Source: an uncultured delta proteobacterium
GTDB taxonomy: Bacteria; Myxococcota_A; Polyangia; Fen-1088
Assembly (NCBI GenBank): GCA_963767925.1
Contig: CAVYGB010000010.1
Location: forward strand, 1,728,001 to 1,792,000
DNA: 64,000 bases
Direction: 5' to 3'
This document shows positions 33,495-44,143 of the stretch, piece after piece. Positions within the stretch are counted from its first letter, which is position 1. Every line of letters begins with the position of its first letter. The position numbers were made by a program, and so were the translations under genes. The notes beneath the pieces were generated by a model. That model searched no databases, was not told where the DNA came from, and saw only the letters and a program-made list of their open reading frames with translations.

Positions 33495-34330
33495 GCGATC
33501 GCGGCGGCGACGCCGCGCAGGTAGGCCAGCGACTCGCGGATGCCGGGCACCGGGTTGTCGGGGTTGATCTCGTACTCCAGGGCCAGGTGGCCGGCGAAGC
33601 GGCGCTTGGCCAGCGCGCGCAGCAGCCCGACGATGTCGATGACCCCGGTGCCCACCTCGACCCGCGGGCTCTTGTCGGTCTTCTCCTTCATGTCCTTGAC
33701 GTGCAGATCGAACAGCCGGTCGCCACACTCGGCGACGCAGGCGGTGGGATCGACCCCGCTGCGGATGGTGTGGCCCACGTCCATGCACACGCCCAGCCGG
33801 CGATCGCGCTTCTTGATGACCGCCATGATCTCACGCGGCGTCGGGTAGTGCTTGTCCTCGGGGCCGTGGTTGTGGATGGCCAGCGGCAGGTCGAACTCCT
33901 TGACCGCCTTCTCCACCACGTCGATGAGCTCCGGGTTGGGAGCGCCCACGATCAGCGGGGCCTGGGCGGCCTTGGCGTATTCGAAGGCGCGGCGCACCTC
34001 CTCCTCGCTCTTCATGTAGATGACACCCAGGCCGGCCAGGGTGACGCCGGCGGCGGTCAGCTTGGCGCGCGCGGCGGCCAGCTCCTCGGGCGTGGACTTG
34101 AGGGGCAGGTGCATGTCCTTGAGGGTCAGGTGCTTGACGTTGGCCTGCTTGCACAGCTCCAGGACCTGATCGAGCGATTGCTTGCGCATCGAATAGGAGG
34201 CGAGGCCGATCTTCAGCGCGGACGAACGCGGCGCGGCCGCGTGCGCCCGGGGGCTGCCGGCGGTGACCGATGCTGCCAGGAGGGCTCCGGCGGACAGAGC
34301 GCTCCGGCGCGAAAACGCTTGAGGTTTCAT
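33491..34330 (-). CDS. sugar-phosphate isomerase/epimerase (xylose-isomerase-like TIM barrel), Tat-exported
   Basis: SRRSAL Tat motif; IHNH, DVGH, HVKD, LEYE. Confidence 0.9.
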   Translation of the reverse strand: MKPQAFSRRSALSAGALLAASVTAGSPRAHAAAPRSSALKIGLASYSMRKQSLDQVLELCKQANVKHLTLKDMHLPLKSTPEELAAARAKLTAAGVTLAGLGVIYMKSEEEVRRAFEYAKAAQAPLIVGAPNPELIDVVEKAVKEFDLPLAIHNHGPEDKHYPTPREIMAVIKKRDRRLGVCMDVGHTIRSGVDPTACVAECGDRLFDLHVKDMKEKTDKSPRVEVGTGVIDIVGLLRALAKRRFAGHLALEYEINPDNPVPGIRESLAYLRGVAAAIA

Positions 34331-34489
34331 GGCCGGCGACTCTACCCGCGAACCTCCAGGGAGGGGAAAACAACAGGGGCCCCCGCCCGGTCGGCGCCGC
34401 CCGGTCGGTGTCCGCCTCGATTTGTCGCCGTGGTGGGCGGACACATCTTGGCCAGGTGGGCGGTTGACGCGCCCCCGGGGGTCACCGCG

Positions 34490-35698
34490 ATGGAACCGCA
34501 GCTTCACGCCGCCGCCCGCACCGCCGAGCTCCCCGATCTATCGCTGACCGACGGCGACGACCTCGATCGCATCGAGGGGATCTGGCGGGAGCTGTGGGCG
34601 CGCACCGAGCCGGTGCCGCCGATGTTGCAGTTCGACTGGATCCGCCAGTGGTGGCGCCTGCACCGCGACGAGGGACGGCTGTTCGTGCTGTTGATCTTCG
34701 ACGACCGGCGGCAGCCGCTGGGCCTGGCGCCGCTGTACCTGCGCGACGAGGGGCTGTCGCACCCCGAGCGCTGCCTGCGCACGGTCGGCTTCCTCGGCAC
34801 CGGCGAGGCGGAGGGCGACGAGGTGACCGGCGAATACACGACCTGGCTGGGCCCCCCGGCGGCGATGCCGATCGTGACCCGCGGCCTGCTGGCCCGCCTG
34901 GCCGACACGCGGGGGGCCTGGGACCGCCTGCGGCTCGACTGTCTCTGGCCGGAGGCGGACATCCACGGCGCGCTGCTGCGCGCGCTGGGCGCCGACGCTG
35001 CTCACGCCGAGATCAGCAGCCGGCCCAGCTTCCGCTCGAGCGTGCGGCCGCTCGACGGCTACCTGCGGGCGTTGCCCTCGGCCAACTTCCGCCACCGCTG
35101 CCGGCGGGCGCTGCGCGAGGGAGATGAGCAAGGCCTGCAGCTCGTGCGGGCCGGGAACGCCGCCGAGGGGGCGGAGATGTTCGAGGCGCTGGTCCACCTG
35201 CACCAGCGGCGCTGGCGGCGCCGGGGCGAGCCGGGCGCCTTCGCCAGCTCGGTGTTCAGCGGCTTTCAGTGGGCGCTGCTCGATCGCCACCTGGCCAGCG
35301 GGGCGGCCTGGCTGGTGGGGCTGCGCCAGGGGGAGCGCTGGCTGGCGGTGCGCTATCTGCTGCAAGCGGGCGGGCGGCTCTACGATTACCTTTCGGGCGT
35401 CGACACCGAGGCCAGCCCGGCCCTGGCCCCGGGTCTGCTGCTGCACCTGCAGACCATGGCGGCGGCGGCGGCCGCGGGGGTGACGGTCTACGATCTGATG
35501 GCGGGCGAGGCGGACTACAAGCGCCACCTGGCGCTGGAGGTGACGGAGGTGCCCACCCTCGACGTCTTCGCGCCGACGATGCGCGCGCGGTTGTGGCTCG
35601 CGGCGCGCAACCTGCGCCGCCGGCTGGCCAGCCGGCGGGCGGGGACCCAGCCGCCGGTGGAGAGGCCCCCGGCGGGGCCCGAGCTCGTACACGTTTGA
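34490..35698 (+). CDS. GNAT acetyltransferase, CelD/BcsL-like
   Basis: FDWIRQWW, GLAPLY, LHQRRW, YLSG, APGLLL, YDLMAGEADYK. Confidence 0.85.
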   Translation: MEPQLHAAARTAELPDLSLTDGDDLDRIEGIWRELWARTEPVPPMLQFDWIRQWWRLHRDEGRLFVLLIFDDRRQPLGLAPLYLRDEGLSHPERCLRTVGFLGTGEAEGDEVTGEYTTWLGPPAAMPIVTRGLLARLADTRGAWDRLRLDCLWPEADIHGALLRALGADAAHAEISSRPSFRSSVRPLDGYLRALPSANFRHRCRRALREGDEQGLQLVRAGNAAEGAEMFEALVHLHQRRWRRRGEPGAFASSVFSGFQWALLDRHLASGAAWLVGLRQGERWLAVRYLLQAGGRLYDYLSGVDTEASPALAPGLLLHLQTMAAAAAAGVTVYDLMAGEADYKRHLALEVTEVPTLDVFAPTMRARLWLAARNLRRRLASRRAGTQPPVERPPAGPELVHV

Positions 35699-35815
35699 CG
35701 GATTTCGTGCACGTGCACGAGCACGTGAGACGTGCACGTTTGACGGATCCCGTGCACGGGAGGCGTGCTCGTGCTCGTGAGACGTGCACGTCTGACGGAT
35801 CCGTGCACGTGCACC
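35687..35815. repeat. GTGCAC/CACGTG-rich intergenic repeat, copy 2 (three tandem units)
   Basis: GT(A/G)CACGT(T/C)TGACGGAT unit occurs three times between convergent GNAT genes. Confidence 0.85.
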
Positions 35816-35825
35816 GATCTGTATC

Positions 35826-36947
35826 TCAGCCGCCGCGGACCCGGGCCAGGCCGGCGCGCAGCAGTCCCACCGTTCGGCGGGCCCCCGGCACCCTCTTGAT
35901 CCCCTCGCGCAGCAACGGCACCGCCCAGTGGACCAGGCGAGCCCGGGCCCGATCCGCGTACACCCGCAGCGTGCCCATGCGCTCGTGCTGGCTGACCCAG
36001 CGGTCCTTCCAGGGGGAAGCGGCGCCCAGGTGGTATGAGCCGGCCTCGCCCCGCTCGATCGACCGGCGCAGGACCATCATGCGCAGGACCGTGCCGGGCG
36101 AATGGCGGGCGAGCGACTGGTCGTAGCCGATCTTCAGGCAGTCGAGGCGCCCCTCGCTGCGCAGGTCGTATTCGAAGGCGATGAGGCGGCCGTCGAGCTT
36201 GAGCTGGTAGAGGGCCAGCTTGCCCCGGGCGGCGGCGCGGGCGGCCAGCAGCTTGTAGAACAGGCGCGCGCCCGGCTCGCCGAGGATGGAACTGCCCGAG
36301 GTCCCCTTCCAGCCGCGGGCCTCGAGCTCGAAGCAGGCGTCGAGCGCCGGGCCGAGGCAAGGGCCCCCTTCACACACCTCCATCTCGAGCTTGCCCAGCG
36401 CCGCCAGCTTGGCGTGGTGGCGGCCGTCGCGGCGCAGGTTGCGGGACAACCTGCGCTCGAACTCGGACCAGGGGCCGGCCAGGGGAACGCTCACCTCGCT
36501 GGCCGGGTGCTCCTGCTCGACGAGCGGCAGCTCGCGGAAGCTCGCCTCGAGGCGCAGGGCCCGGGCCAGCGGGCCGTCGAGCGGCAGGCGGCGCAGCTCG
36601 AGGCAGTCGCAGCGGTCGAACAGCCGATCGAACAGCAGCGCCGCCAGCCGCGGGTGCTCGACGTCGAGCGGAGGGACCCAGCAGGGCACGTGTGGGTTGT
36701 GCAGCCCGACCAGCGTGCGGACGAGGCCCAGCTCGCGCCGCAGGGGGACCGCCGCCACCACCGACCCCCGGCTCGACAGGAGATGAACCGCCACGTCGTC
36801 GCGCGAGAAGAAGCCCTCCCACAGCGAGCTGATCCAGGCCGCGCCAGAGAACGCGGGCAGGCGGCGTCGTTCCACCAGGCTGTCGATGGCGGTGCTCCAG
36901 GACTGGAGCTCCCGGGGATCGCGAACTTCCGACCAGACGGGAACCAC
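35826..36947 (-). CDS. GNAT acetyltransferase, CelD/BcsL-like
   Basis: LEARGWKG..GSSI, LDGRLIAF, KIGYD..LARHSPG, WKDRW. Confidence 0.87.
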   Translation of the reverse strand: MVPVWSEVRDPRELQSWSTAIDSLVERRRLPAFSGAAWISSLWEGFFSRDDVAVHLLSSRGSVVAAVPLRRELGLVRTLVGLHNPHVPCWVPPLDVEHPRLAALLFDRLFDRCDCLELRRLPLDGPLARALRLEASFRELPLVEQEHPASEVSVPLAGPWSEFERRLSRNLRRDGRHHAKLAALGKLEMEVCEGGPCLGPALDACFELEARGWKGTSGSSILGEPGARLFYKLLAARAAARGKLALYQLKLDGRLIAFEYDLRSEGRLDCLKIGYDQSLARHSPGTVLRMMVLRRSIERGEAGSYHLGAASPWKDRWVSQHERMGTLRVYADRARARLVHWAVPLLREGIKRVPGARRTVGLLRAGLARVRGG

Positions 36948-37062
36948 CCGGTCACCGTAAGTTCACACGCCGGCGAAAACCAGACGGAGTGGTCCCGATT
37001 GAACCTCACACCGTCGTCGCGCGCGGAAGAACGGCGAGCGCGGTGTGCTAGCGTGGGGAGCG

Positions 37063-39655
37063 ATGAGAGGATCGGTTCGGCTCGTCAGCGTGCTGGGTGT
37101 AGTCCTCACGGTTCCGGGGTCGGTGCTGGTGGTGGGCGCGGCGCGCGCGGAGACAAACTTCGTCCTGCGCGATGTGGGCCAGGGCGTGACGTTGCCCACG
37201 GCCCACGGCATCGCCGGAGACTTCGACGCCACCGCCACCCGCTCGAACCCCGCCGGGCTCGCCACCCTGGGCGGCTTCAGCCTCGGCTTCGGCGGCACGC
37301 GCCTGGCGGAGGATCGCACCGTGCGCGGCGGCGGCGGCTGGGGCGCGTTCCTCGCCGTGCCGCTCGCGCTGCGCCTGCGCGAGGGCGAGCCCTTCCGCCT
37401 GAGCTACGGCTTCGCCTGGGAGCGGGTGCAGTCGCCGCGGAGCTGGCGGGCCGACGGCGCCGACGTGCGCGTCGCTCCCTACGACGCCACGCTGTTCACC
37501 AACAGCGTCGGGGTGGGCACCCGGCGGGCCTCCTTCGGCTGGTCGATCGCGCGCATCAACTGGGCCGACAGCCCCGAGAGCGCGGGGACCACCACCCACC
37601 ACGTGGGCGCCAACCTGCGCCCGGCCCGGTTCGTCGCCCTGGGGCTCGTGTGGCGGGACATCTTCGAGCCGGCCGGCCGCACCGGATCGGAGCGGTTCCA
37701 GCGCGCCTTCGACGCCGAGGTGGCGGCACGGCCGCTCGGCGACTGGCGGCTCGAGGTGGCGGGAGGCGCCCAGCTCGGCGCCGAGGGCTTCGTCGATCTG
37801 CGCGGGCGGGTGGTGGCCCGCCCGCTCGACGGGGTGGCGCTGTTCGGCCACGTCGAGTCGGTCGAGCGGCGCTTCGGCGCGCCCGACGCGCCCAGCTCGC
37901 GCGACCTGCGGGTGCTGGTGGGGCTGGGCTTCGACCTGCGCTACGGGCGCCGGCAGGAGACCGCCGGCGCGGCCTACGGCACCTTGACCTCCAGCAAGGG
38001 CGCCGGCAGCGCCTACGCCGGATCGAGCCTGTTCGTGCACTCGACCGACGAGGCCTTCCCCTCGCTGATCGAGCCGGCCCGCTTCGAGCGCCTCGAGATC
38101 GCCGGCGAGCAGGACGAGCGCGAGCACGTGCGCACGATCGTGGCGCTCGGCGACGCTCGAGCGGGCCGACGAGGTCCGGGGCGTCGTGCTCGAGCTCGGC
38201 GAGAGCGACCTCGGCTGGGGACGCACCGAGGAGCTGCGCGAGCGGGTGGTGGCCCTGCGCAAGCGGGGCAAGATCATCATCACCTTCCTCAAACACGCGG
38301 GCATGCGCCAGTATTACCTGGCCTCGGCCGGCGATCGCATCCTCCTGCACCCGGCCGCCAGCATCGAGCTGCGGGGGATCGCCGGCCTGCAGCTCTTCGC
38401 CCGGCTGCTGCTGGAGAAGATCGGCCTGGGCGCCCAGGTCACCCAGCTCGCCGAATACAAGAGCGCGGGGGAGATCTTCACCCGGGAGGGCCCCTCGGAG
38501 GCGGCCAGCGAGCAGACCCGGACCTTCATCGGCGACGTCCACGCCCGCTTCATCGAGGCGGTCGCCCGCGAGCGCAGCCTGACCCCCGACCAGCTCGCGG
38601 CCCTGCTGGCCCGGACCGCACTGACCCCGGCCGATCTGCTGTCGTCCAAGCTTGTCGACGAGATCGCCCACGACGACGTGGTCGAGGAGCGGGTGGGCAA
38701 GCTGCTCGGCCGCAAGGTGCGCTTCTCGAAGGAGCGCCCCGCCCCCCTGCGGCCGACCCAGTGGAGCGCGCCCGAGATCGCGGTCGTGCACGTCACCGGC
38801 GAGATCGTCGACACCGGGGAGAGCGAAGGGCTGTTCTCGCAGCAGCAGACCCCCCGGCAGGTGGCCGAGGCGATCCGGGACGCCCGCGAGTCGGGCCGGG
38901 TGCGGGCCATCGTGCTGCGGGTCAACAGCCCCGGCGGCATGGTGCAGCCGAGCGAGCTCATCGCCCGCGAGGTGGAGCTGACCCGGGGCAAGAAGCCGAT
39001 CCTCGTCTCGATGGGCGACCTGGCCGCCTCGGGCGGCTACTGGGTAGCAGCCCCTGCCGACGCCATCTTCGCCTCGCCCTCGACCCTCACCGGATCGATC
39101 GGCGTGGTGAGCGTCCGCTTCTCGCTCGGCGACCTGGCCCAGCGGATCGGCATCAGCGGCGCGGTCGAGAAGACCGCCCCCCACGCCGACGCCTACAACC
39201 CCCTGCGCCCGTTTTCCCCCGAGGAGCTGGCGGGCCACCAGACCGAGATGCGCTACGTGTACGACCGCTTCCTCGACCGGGTGGCCGCCGGCCGCCGCCG
39301 CTCGCGCGACAGCGTCGACGCCGTCGCCCGCGGCCGCATCTGGTCGGGCCAGCGCGCCCTGGGCCACGGCCTGGTCGACCGCCTGGAGGGCCTCGGCGCC
39401 GTCATCCAGGAGGCCCGCCGCCGGGCCGGCCTGGCCGACCGCACGCGCGTCAACGTCGTCTCCCTCCCCCTCGAATCGGGCAGCCTGCTCGAGCGCCTGA
39501 TCAAACCCCCCGGCTCGAACACCCCGCTGCCCCTCCCCGCCACCGCCCGCAAGCTCCTCAGCGCCATCCCCCGCCTCTACCTCTACCCCCCCACCCGCCC
39601 CCTGGCCCGCGCCCCCCTGGCCGAAGCCGCCCTGGGGATCACGCCCCTACCCTGA
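37063..39655 (+). CDS. sppA: signal peptide peptidase SppA with N-terminal beta-rich domain, frameshift near 38155
   Basis: YYLAS, EYKSAGE, LRVNSPGG, SMGDLAASGGY, TLTGSIGV, GRIWSG..A..GLVD. Confidence 0.9.
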
Positions 39656-39958
39656 AGCCGGTGTCTCCTTCCGCCCCGGGCGGCGGTGGGCCGCCGCCCC
39701 TTCACCGTTGCGTAGGGGGATAGGTCCATCGACTCAGCTCCGCCTCGAGGACACGCGATGAGTCCGACGAGATCGGAGGACTGTCGGCGACTGTCGAAGC
39801 CGCTCAGGCGTCAACGGTCCCGCGCCGATGTTAAGGGACGACGGCACGTCCTCGTGGACTTGGCTGTCATCACCGGCAACCGCCGGTCGGCATGGCCGTT
39901 GCTGTAGTGGTCCGCGGAACCACCCGCGACAGACAACCACCGCTCGACGAGGATTTCC

Positions 39959-40411
39959 ATGAACAGCATCAGCAGCGCCACGTTCTCCGCCGCAAGCCCC
40001 TCCTTCGACGCCGCCCAGCTCGACGATAGCCGCATTCATCTGCGCGCCCTGGACGGCGAATTCGCGGGGCCAGATGCTGTCGACGGGTTCGACCCGCCCC
40101 GGAATCGGAACAATCGCAGTATTTTCGAGTCGAGTGGAGAATCCCTGGAACTAACCAAGCCCGAGGCACAGGCGTTCGACCCGGATCAGCCCCAGAAGTT
40201 CGCGATCGTTCCGATACTCGTGGCAGCCGGAGAGGCCGTCGTGACGCTCGCCGGGGCCGTTGTCGTCAGCCTCATCGCCAACGAGATCACGAGGAGGGTC
40301 CACCAGACAAATCAGACGAAGCCGCAACCCATGCCGCCGCAACCCCCACCGACTGGCCCGGCGAACCCGCAGGCGGGCATCGTCATCACGCCTCTTCCGC
40401 CGCCTACCTGA
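39959..40411 (+). CDS. hypothetical precursor-like protein (acidic leader, hydrophobic helix, Pro/Thr/Gln tail)
   Basis: GAGGA RBS; ...DPDQPQK/FAIVPILVAAGEAVVTLAGAVVVSLIANEITRR... Confidence 0.65.
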   Translation: MNSISSATFSAASPSFDAAQLDDSRIHLRALDGEFAGPDAVDGFDPPRNRNNRSIFESSGESLELTKPEAQAFDPDQPQKFAIVPILVAAGEAVVTLAGAVVVSLIANEITRRVHQTNQTKPQPMPPQPPPTGPANPQAGIVITPLPPPT

Positions 40412-40448
40412 CCGCCCCTCGAGGCGTGGATCGTGAGAGCGTGGCAAA

Positions 40449-40691
40449 ATGCTGACCAGCGAGGCTACAGATATGACAAGCGACAAGCTACCAGCAAGGC
40501 GCGACCTCTGGGTCATCCTGGCGATCACCAGCGTGCTCGCCGTGCTTTTGACGACCTTGGCGAACCAGGGAGCTCTGGGTTGGTTCGGAACGCAGGGCAA
40601 CGGCTGGATCCTCTTCCGCTCGGCGGTAGCGGCCACGGCAGCCTGGACCATGGTGAAGGTCTGGCGGCTGATGAGGCGCCCTGCCCCCTAG
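40449..40691 (+). CDS. small two-TM membrane protein (putative immunity protein)
   Basis: Two hydrophobic helices and basic C-term; directly follows the precursor-like gene. Confidence 0.65.
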   Translation: MLTSEATDMTSDKLPARRDLWVILAITSVLAVLLTTLANQGALGWFGTQGNGWILFRSAVAATAAWTMVKVWRLMRRPAP

Positions 40692-40962
40692 AATCGCGCG
40701 GGCCGGGTTCCGTCATGAGAGATCTCCTCCTATCGATGAAGACTCGAACGACATCGTCATACGGGAGCTGCGGCTTCCGTGAGCGTGCCGCTCCGGTTAG
40801 CGCGTGAAGAGGCGGCGGCGGGGGCGGGGGGCGGGAGCCAGCGGCCGCTGAAGGCTGTACCTAACGTCGGGACACGACAGGCTGCTTCCGTCCCGCCATG
40901 GTTGGTGGGTCTCTGGCGCGCCGACCGAGATGCCCGCACGCGGAGGAACCACGCGGAGGAAC

Positions 40963-41414
40963 ATGGAAAGACAGGTCGCCCTGACGTTCGACGTTGAGTT
41001 TCCCGACCGGCCGAACTGGCAGGCCGACAACCTCGCCGGCCTGCTGGACACGCTCGCCAGCAAACGCGTGACGGCGACGTTCTTCCTTCAAGGCCAGTGG
41101 GTGGACGCTTGCCCCGCGCTGGCACGACGGATCGCCGCCGAGGGCCACTCGATCGGCAATCACTCGTTCTCTCACTGCAACTACCTGTGGCTGAGCCAGG
41201 ACGGCCTCCGCGCCGACGTCCAGAAGGCCGAGAAGACCATCCTGGACATCACCGACCGCGATCCGCGGCCCTGGTTCCGCCTCCCTTACGGGTCCGGCTC
41301 GCGAGATCCGCGCATCCGCTCGTCCCTCCGGGAGCTGGGCTACCAGTGCGTGCACTGGAACGTCGACGCACGCGACTGGGACCCCGGGCGCACCCCCGAG
41401 GACCTCGTTGACCT
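40963..41414 (+). pseudogene. polysaccharide deacetylase (NodB/CE4), 3'-truncated
   Basis: ALTFD, ATFFLQG, GNHSFSH, FRLPYG, WNVDARDW; final LxH motif absent. Confidence 0.8.
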
Positions 41415-41828
41415 TGGAAGTTCACCGCCCAGCCCCACATGGACTATGAGATCTTCGGGGTCCGGCAGGGAGCGACCCTGCGTGCATTTGCCGTCTTGCG
41501 GCCGTGCCGGCGGCCAGAGCCGCCGGTGATCGTCCTGAGCGACTTCATCGTGTCTCGTCAGGACACCGCCGCGCTGACGGTGCTGTGTGAGCTGGTGCGC
41601 CGACGGGCCGTCACCCTCGGCCGGACCATGGTCACCACGACCAGCGTTCCAGAGTACCGAGCGGCGCTGCAAGCCTGTGGGTTCGTCGAGGTCGAGCAGC
41701 GCCGCCCGGTCTCTCCCTTCATCTGGTGCCGTCAGCAGCCGCCCGATCTGTTTCGACTGGCTCAGACCATGCTCGTCGGGCGGAGCGACTCGGACTGGGA
41801 CCAGTACCCCTACGCCGGGATGGCCTGA
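41415..41828 (+). pseudogene. C-terminal fragment of a GNAT-like protein
   Basis: WKFTAQPHMDY...ALQACGF...GRSDSD; begins abruptly where the deacetylase ends. Confidence 0.55.
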
Positions 41829-41872
41829 GGCGTGGCCATGGACCTTTCCCCGAACCCGTCGAGTGGGCGCTA

Positions 41873-42703
41873 GTGTCCGCCTCGCCCCTGGTGAGCTGCC
41901 TCATGGTGACCACGGCGCGGGCCGACCGATTCCAGTGGATCGTCGGTTCGCTGGCCGACTACTGCGGGCAGACCCACGCCGATCGCGAGCTCGTCATCGT
42001 GCTCGACGACCCCGCGCCCTCCGACCGCCGGCGGCTCGAAGAGCACGTCGCCGGCCTGGACCGCTCCGATATCCGCACGCTAGCGCGCCCGAGTAAGCTC
42101 ACGCTCGGCGCTCTGCGGAACCTGGCCATGGACGCCGCGGGCGGCGAGGTGATCTGCCTGTGGGACGATGACGACCTTCACCATGCCCGCCGCATCGAAG
42201 TGCAGCTGGCCCGTCTGCTCGAGACCGGCGCCGGCGCCGTGCTCCTCTCGGATTGCCTTCATCTCTTCATGAACGAGAACCGGTGCTACTGGGTGAACTG
42301 GGCCCAGACCCGCTATAGGGGCCTGCCCGGGACGCTGCTCGCGCGCCGCGATCACGGGCTACGCTACCCCGAGAGCGGGCCATTTGCGCAAAAGGGTGAG
42401 GACACCAATCTGTTGCAGCGGCTCGTGCGGACTGTGCCCACCCACTTCCTGGCGGCCCCGCCCTTCTTGTACGTCTACCGGTTTCACGGGGCGAACACCT
42501 TCCAGCACGAGCACCACGCCATGCTGGCGGCCAGGTTCTGCGAGGGTGGTGCCCGGCTCCAGCAGCACCGGGCCGAGATCAGCCGCTGTTTGCAGGCGCT
42601 CGACCCGGGCCTGTCGCGAACGGCGGTGGTCGACCGCCGCGGGGTGGCCTTCCATCTAGCCGGCAGCGGGGTTCCTCCCACCGGGACCGTGGCTGCTTCG
42701 TGA
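41873..42703 (+). CDS. glycosyltransferase family 2
   Basis: PLVSCLMVT, ELVIVLDD, LGALRN, WDDDD, GED. Confidence 0.9.
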   Translation: MSASPLVSCLMVTTARADRFQWIVGSLADYCGQTHADRELVIVLDDPAPSDRRRLEEHVAGLDRSDIRTLARPSKLTLGALRNLAMDAAGGEVICLWDDDDLHHARRIEVQLARLLETGAGAVLLSDCLHLFMNENRCYWVNWAQTRYRGLPGTLLARRDHGLRYPESGPFAQKGEDTNLLQRLVRTVPTHFLAAPPFLYVYRFHGANTFQHEHHAMLAARFCEGGARLQQHRAEISRCLQALDPGLSRTAVVDRRGVAFHLAGSGVPPTGTVAAS

Positions 42704-44143
42704 GCCTCACCTACCACCGCAACGTGCTTCGGCTGGTTCCGTTTGGCCGCGAGCAGGTGCTCGCCACCCTGCCGGGCGCGGAACGCCCCATCCTCCTCCA
42801 CCGGCGCACGGCCGAGCTGGTGATGAGCTGCTCGCCCTTCGCCCCGCTGGAGGAGCATGCGGGGCGCTTTTGCCGCAATCGGCGTCCGCCCAGTCTGTCG
42901 GAGGCCAGCGCGGTCGAGGCTCTGCGCGCGGCGGCGGCTGGCGGGCTGCTGGTCTCTGCGACCGACGTCCTGGGAGGCGACGCGGGCGTGGCGGGGGCGG
43001 ACGCGCCGCCGATCCGATCGATCGGAGTGATCACACATCGCCGGCCCGAGGCCCTCGTGCGGTGTCTGAGCAGCTTCGCCGATGACCTGCGCGCGTCCGG
43101 CCGCTCCGCTCTGCTCACGGTCGTCGACAGCACGCCCCATGGCGAAGCCGATGGTGTCCGTGCGGCGGTCAGGAGCCTGGAGCAGCGGAGGCAGCTCCCG
43201 GTCCGCTATCTGGGCCTGGTCGAGAAGAGGGCTCTGGGGGAGAGGCTGTCGCGAGCGGCGGGCGTCGATCCGAAGCTGGCGGAGCTCGCGCTGCTCGGTC
43301 TGGAGGGCCACCAGACCGATGTGGGAGCCAACCGGAACGCGATGCTCCTGCTGCACGCGGGCCGGACCGTCTTCTGCGCCGACGACGACATGGTGTGCGA
43401 CCTGCGCGGACCGGTGGCGCCGGTCGATACCGTCGCGCTCACCGGCGAAGAGGGGGCGGTACCGGTTACCTTGCATCGCACCTTCGAGGCGGCCCGTGAA
43501 GCGCTGCCGCCGCGCCCGAGCGGCGTTCTGGATCTGCACGAGCGGCAGCTCGGGCGGACGGTGGCCGAGGCGCTGGCCGGCTCACCTCGCGAACGAATCG
43601 CCCTCGGTTCCTTTCCGCCCCGGCTGCTCGGCGGTCTTCTCTCTGGAAACAGCCGGGTGGTGGCCAGCTTCGGGGGCTACTACGGGGACGCAGGCGCCAG
43701 CTATCCGTCGTTTTTTCTCTGGTCGGGCGCGACCGTGCGCCAGCAGCTCGCGGGGGGCGTCGAGGACCATCGAGCGCTGATCCGCAGCCGCCAGATCACA
43801 CGGGTGTCGCCCCAGCTCACCCTCACGGGGGGACGCTTCTCCATGTGCGGCCACGTGGCGCTGGACTGCCGGACGCTGCTTCCCCCTTTTTTTTCGAACC
43901 TCCGGGGCGAGGACCACCTGTTCGGTCAGGTCGTGCGGGGCTGTTTCGACGACGTCCTGTTCGCGCACGTCCCCCAGGCCATTGCCCACCGGCCCTGGGA
44001 GCGACGAGCTCGTGGAGGGCCGGGATGCCACGGCGGCGGCCGCGCGGATGCAAGCGTCGCTCGAGCGCTTCGGAAGCCTGCTCGAGGTCTGGCCCGAGCT
44101 CTTCGCGGCGGCCGGACGTCTGTTCGCCGACGGCGGGTCATGA
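42700..44143 (+). pseudogene. GT-A-fold-like enzyme with N-terminal RRE/PqqD-like domain; internal deletion or frame break near 43997
   Basis: IGVITHRRPEALVRCL, VVDS, GANRN, ADDD, RGED; plausible C-term ...LERFGSLLEVWPELFAAAGRL...* in another frame, TGA 44141-44143 overlapping next ATG. Confidence 0.6.

Noticed and set aside
35687..35815. CRISPR array
   Set aside because: Inter-repeat segments are themselves repetitive, only three units, no cas genes
40795..40910. Integron attC site (GTTAG / ACCTAAC...GTTGG)
   Set aside because: R' box does not fit GTTRRRY, the stem is short, there is no repetition between ORFs and no integrase
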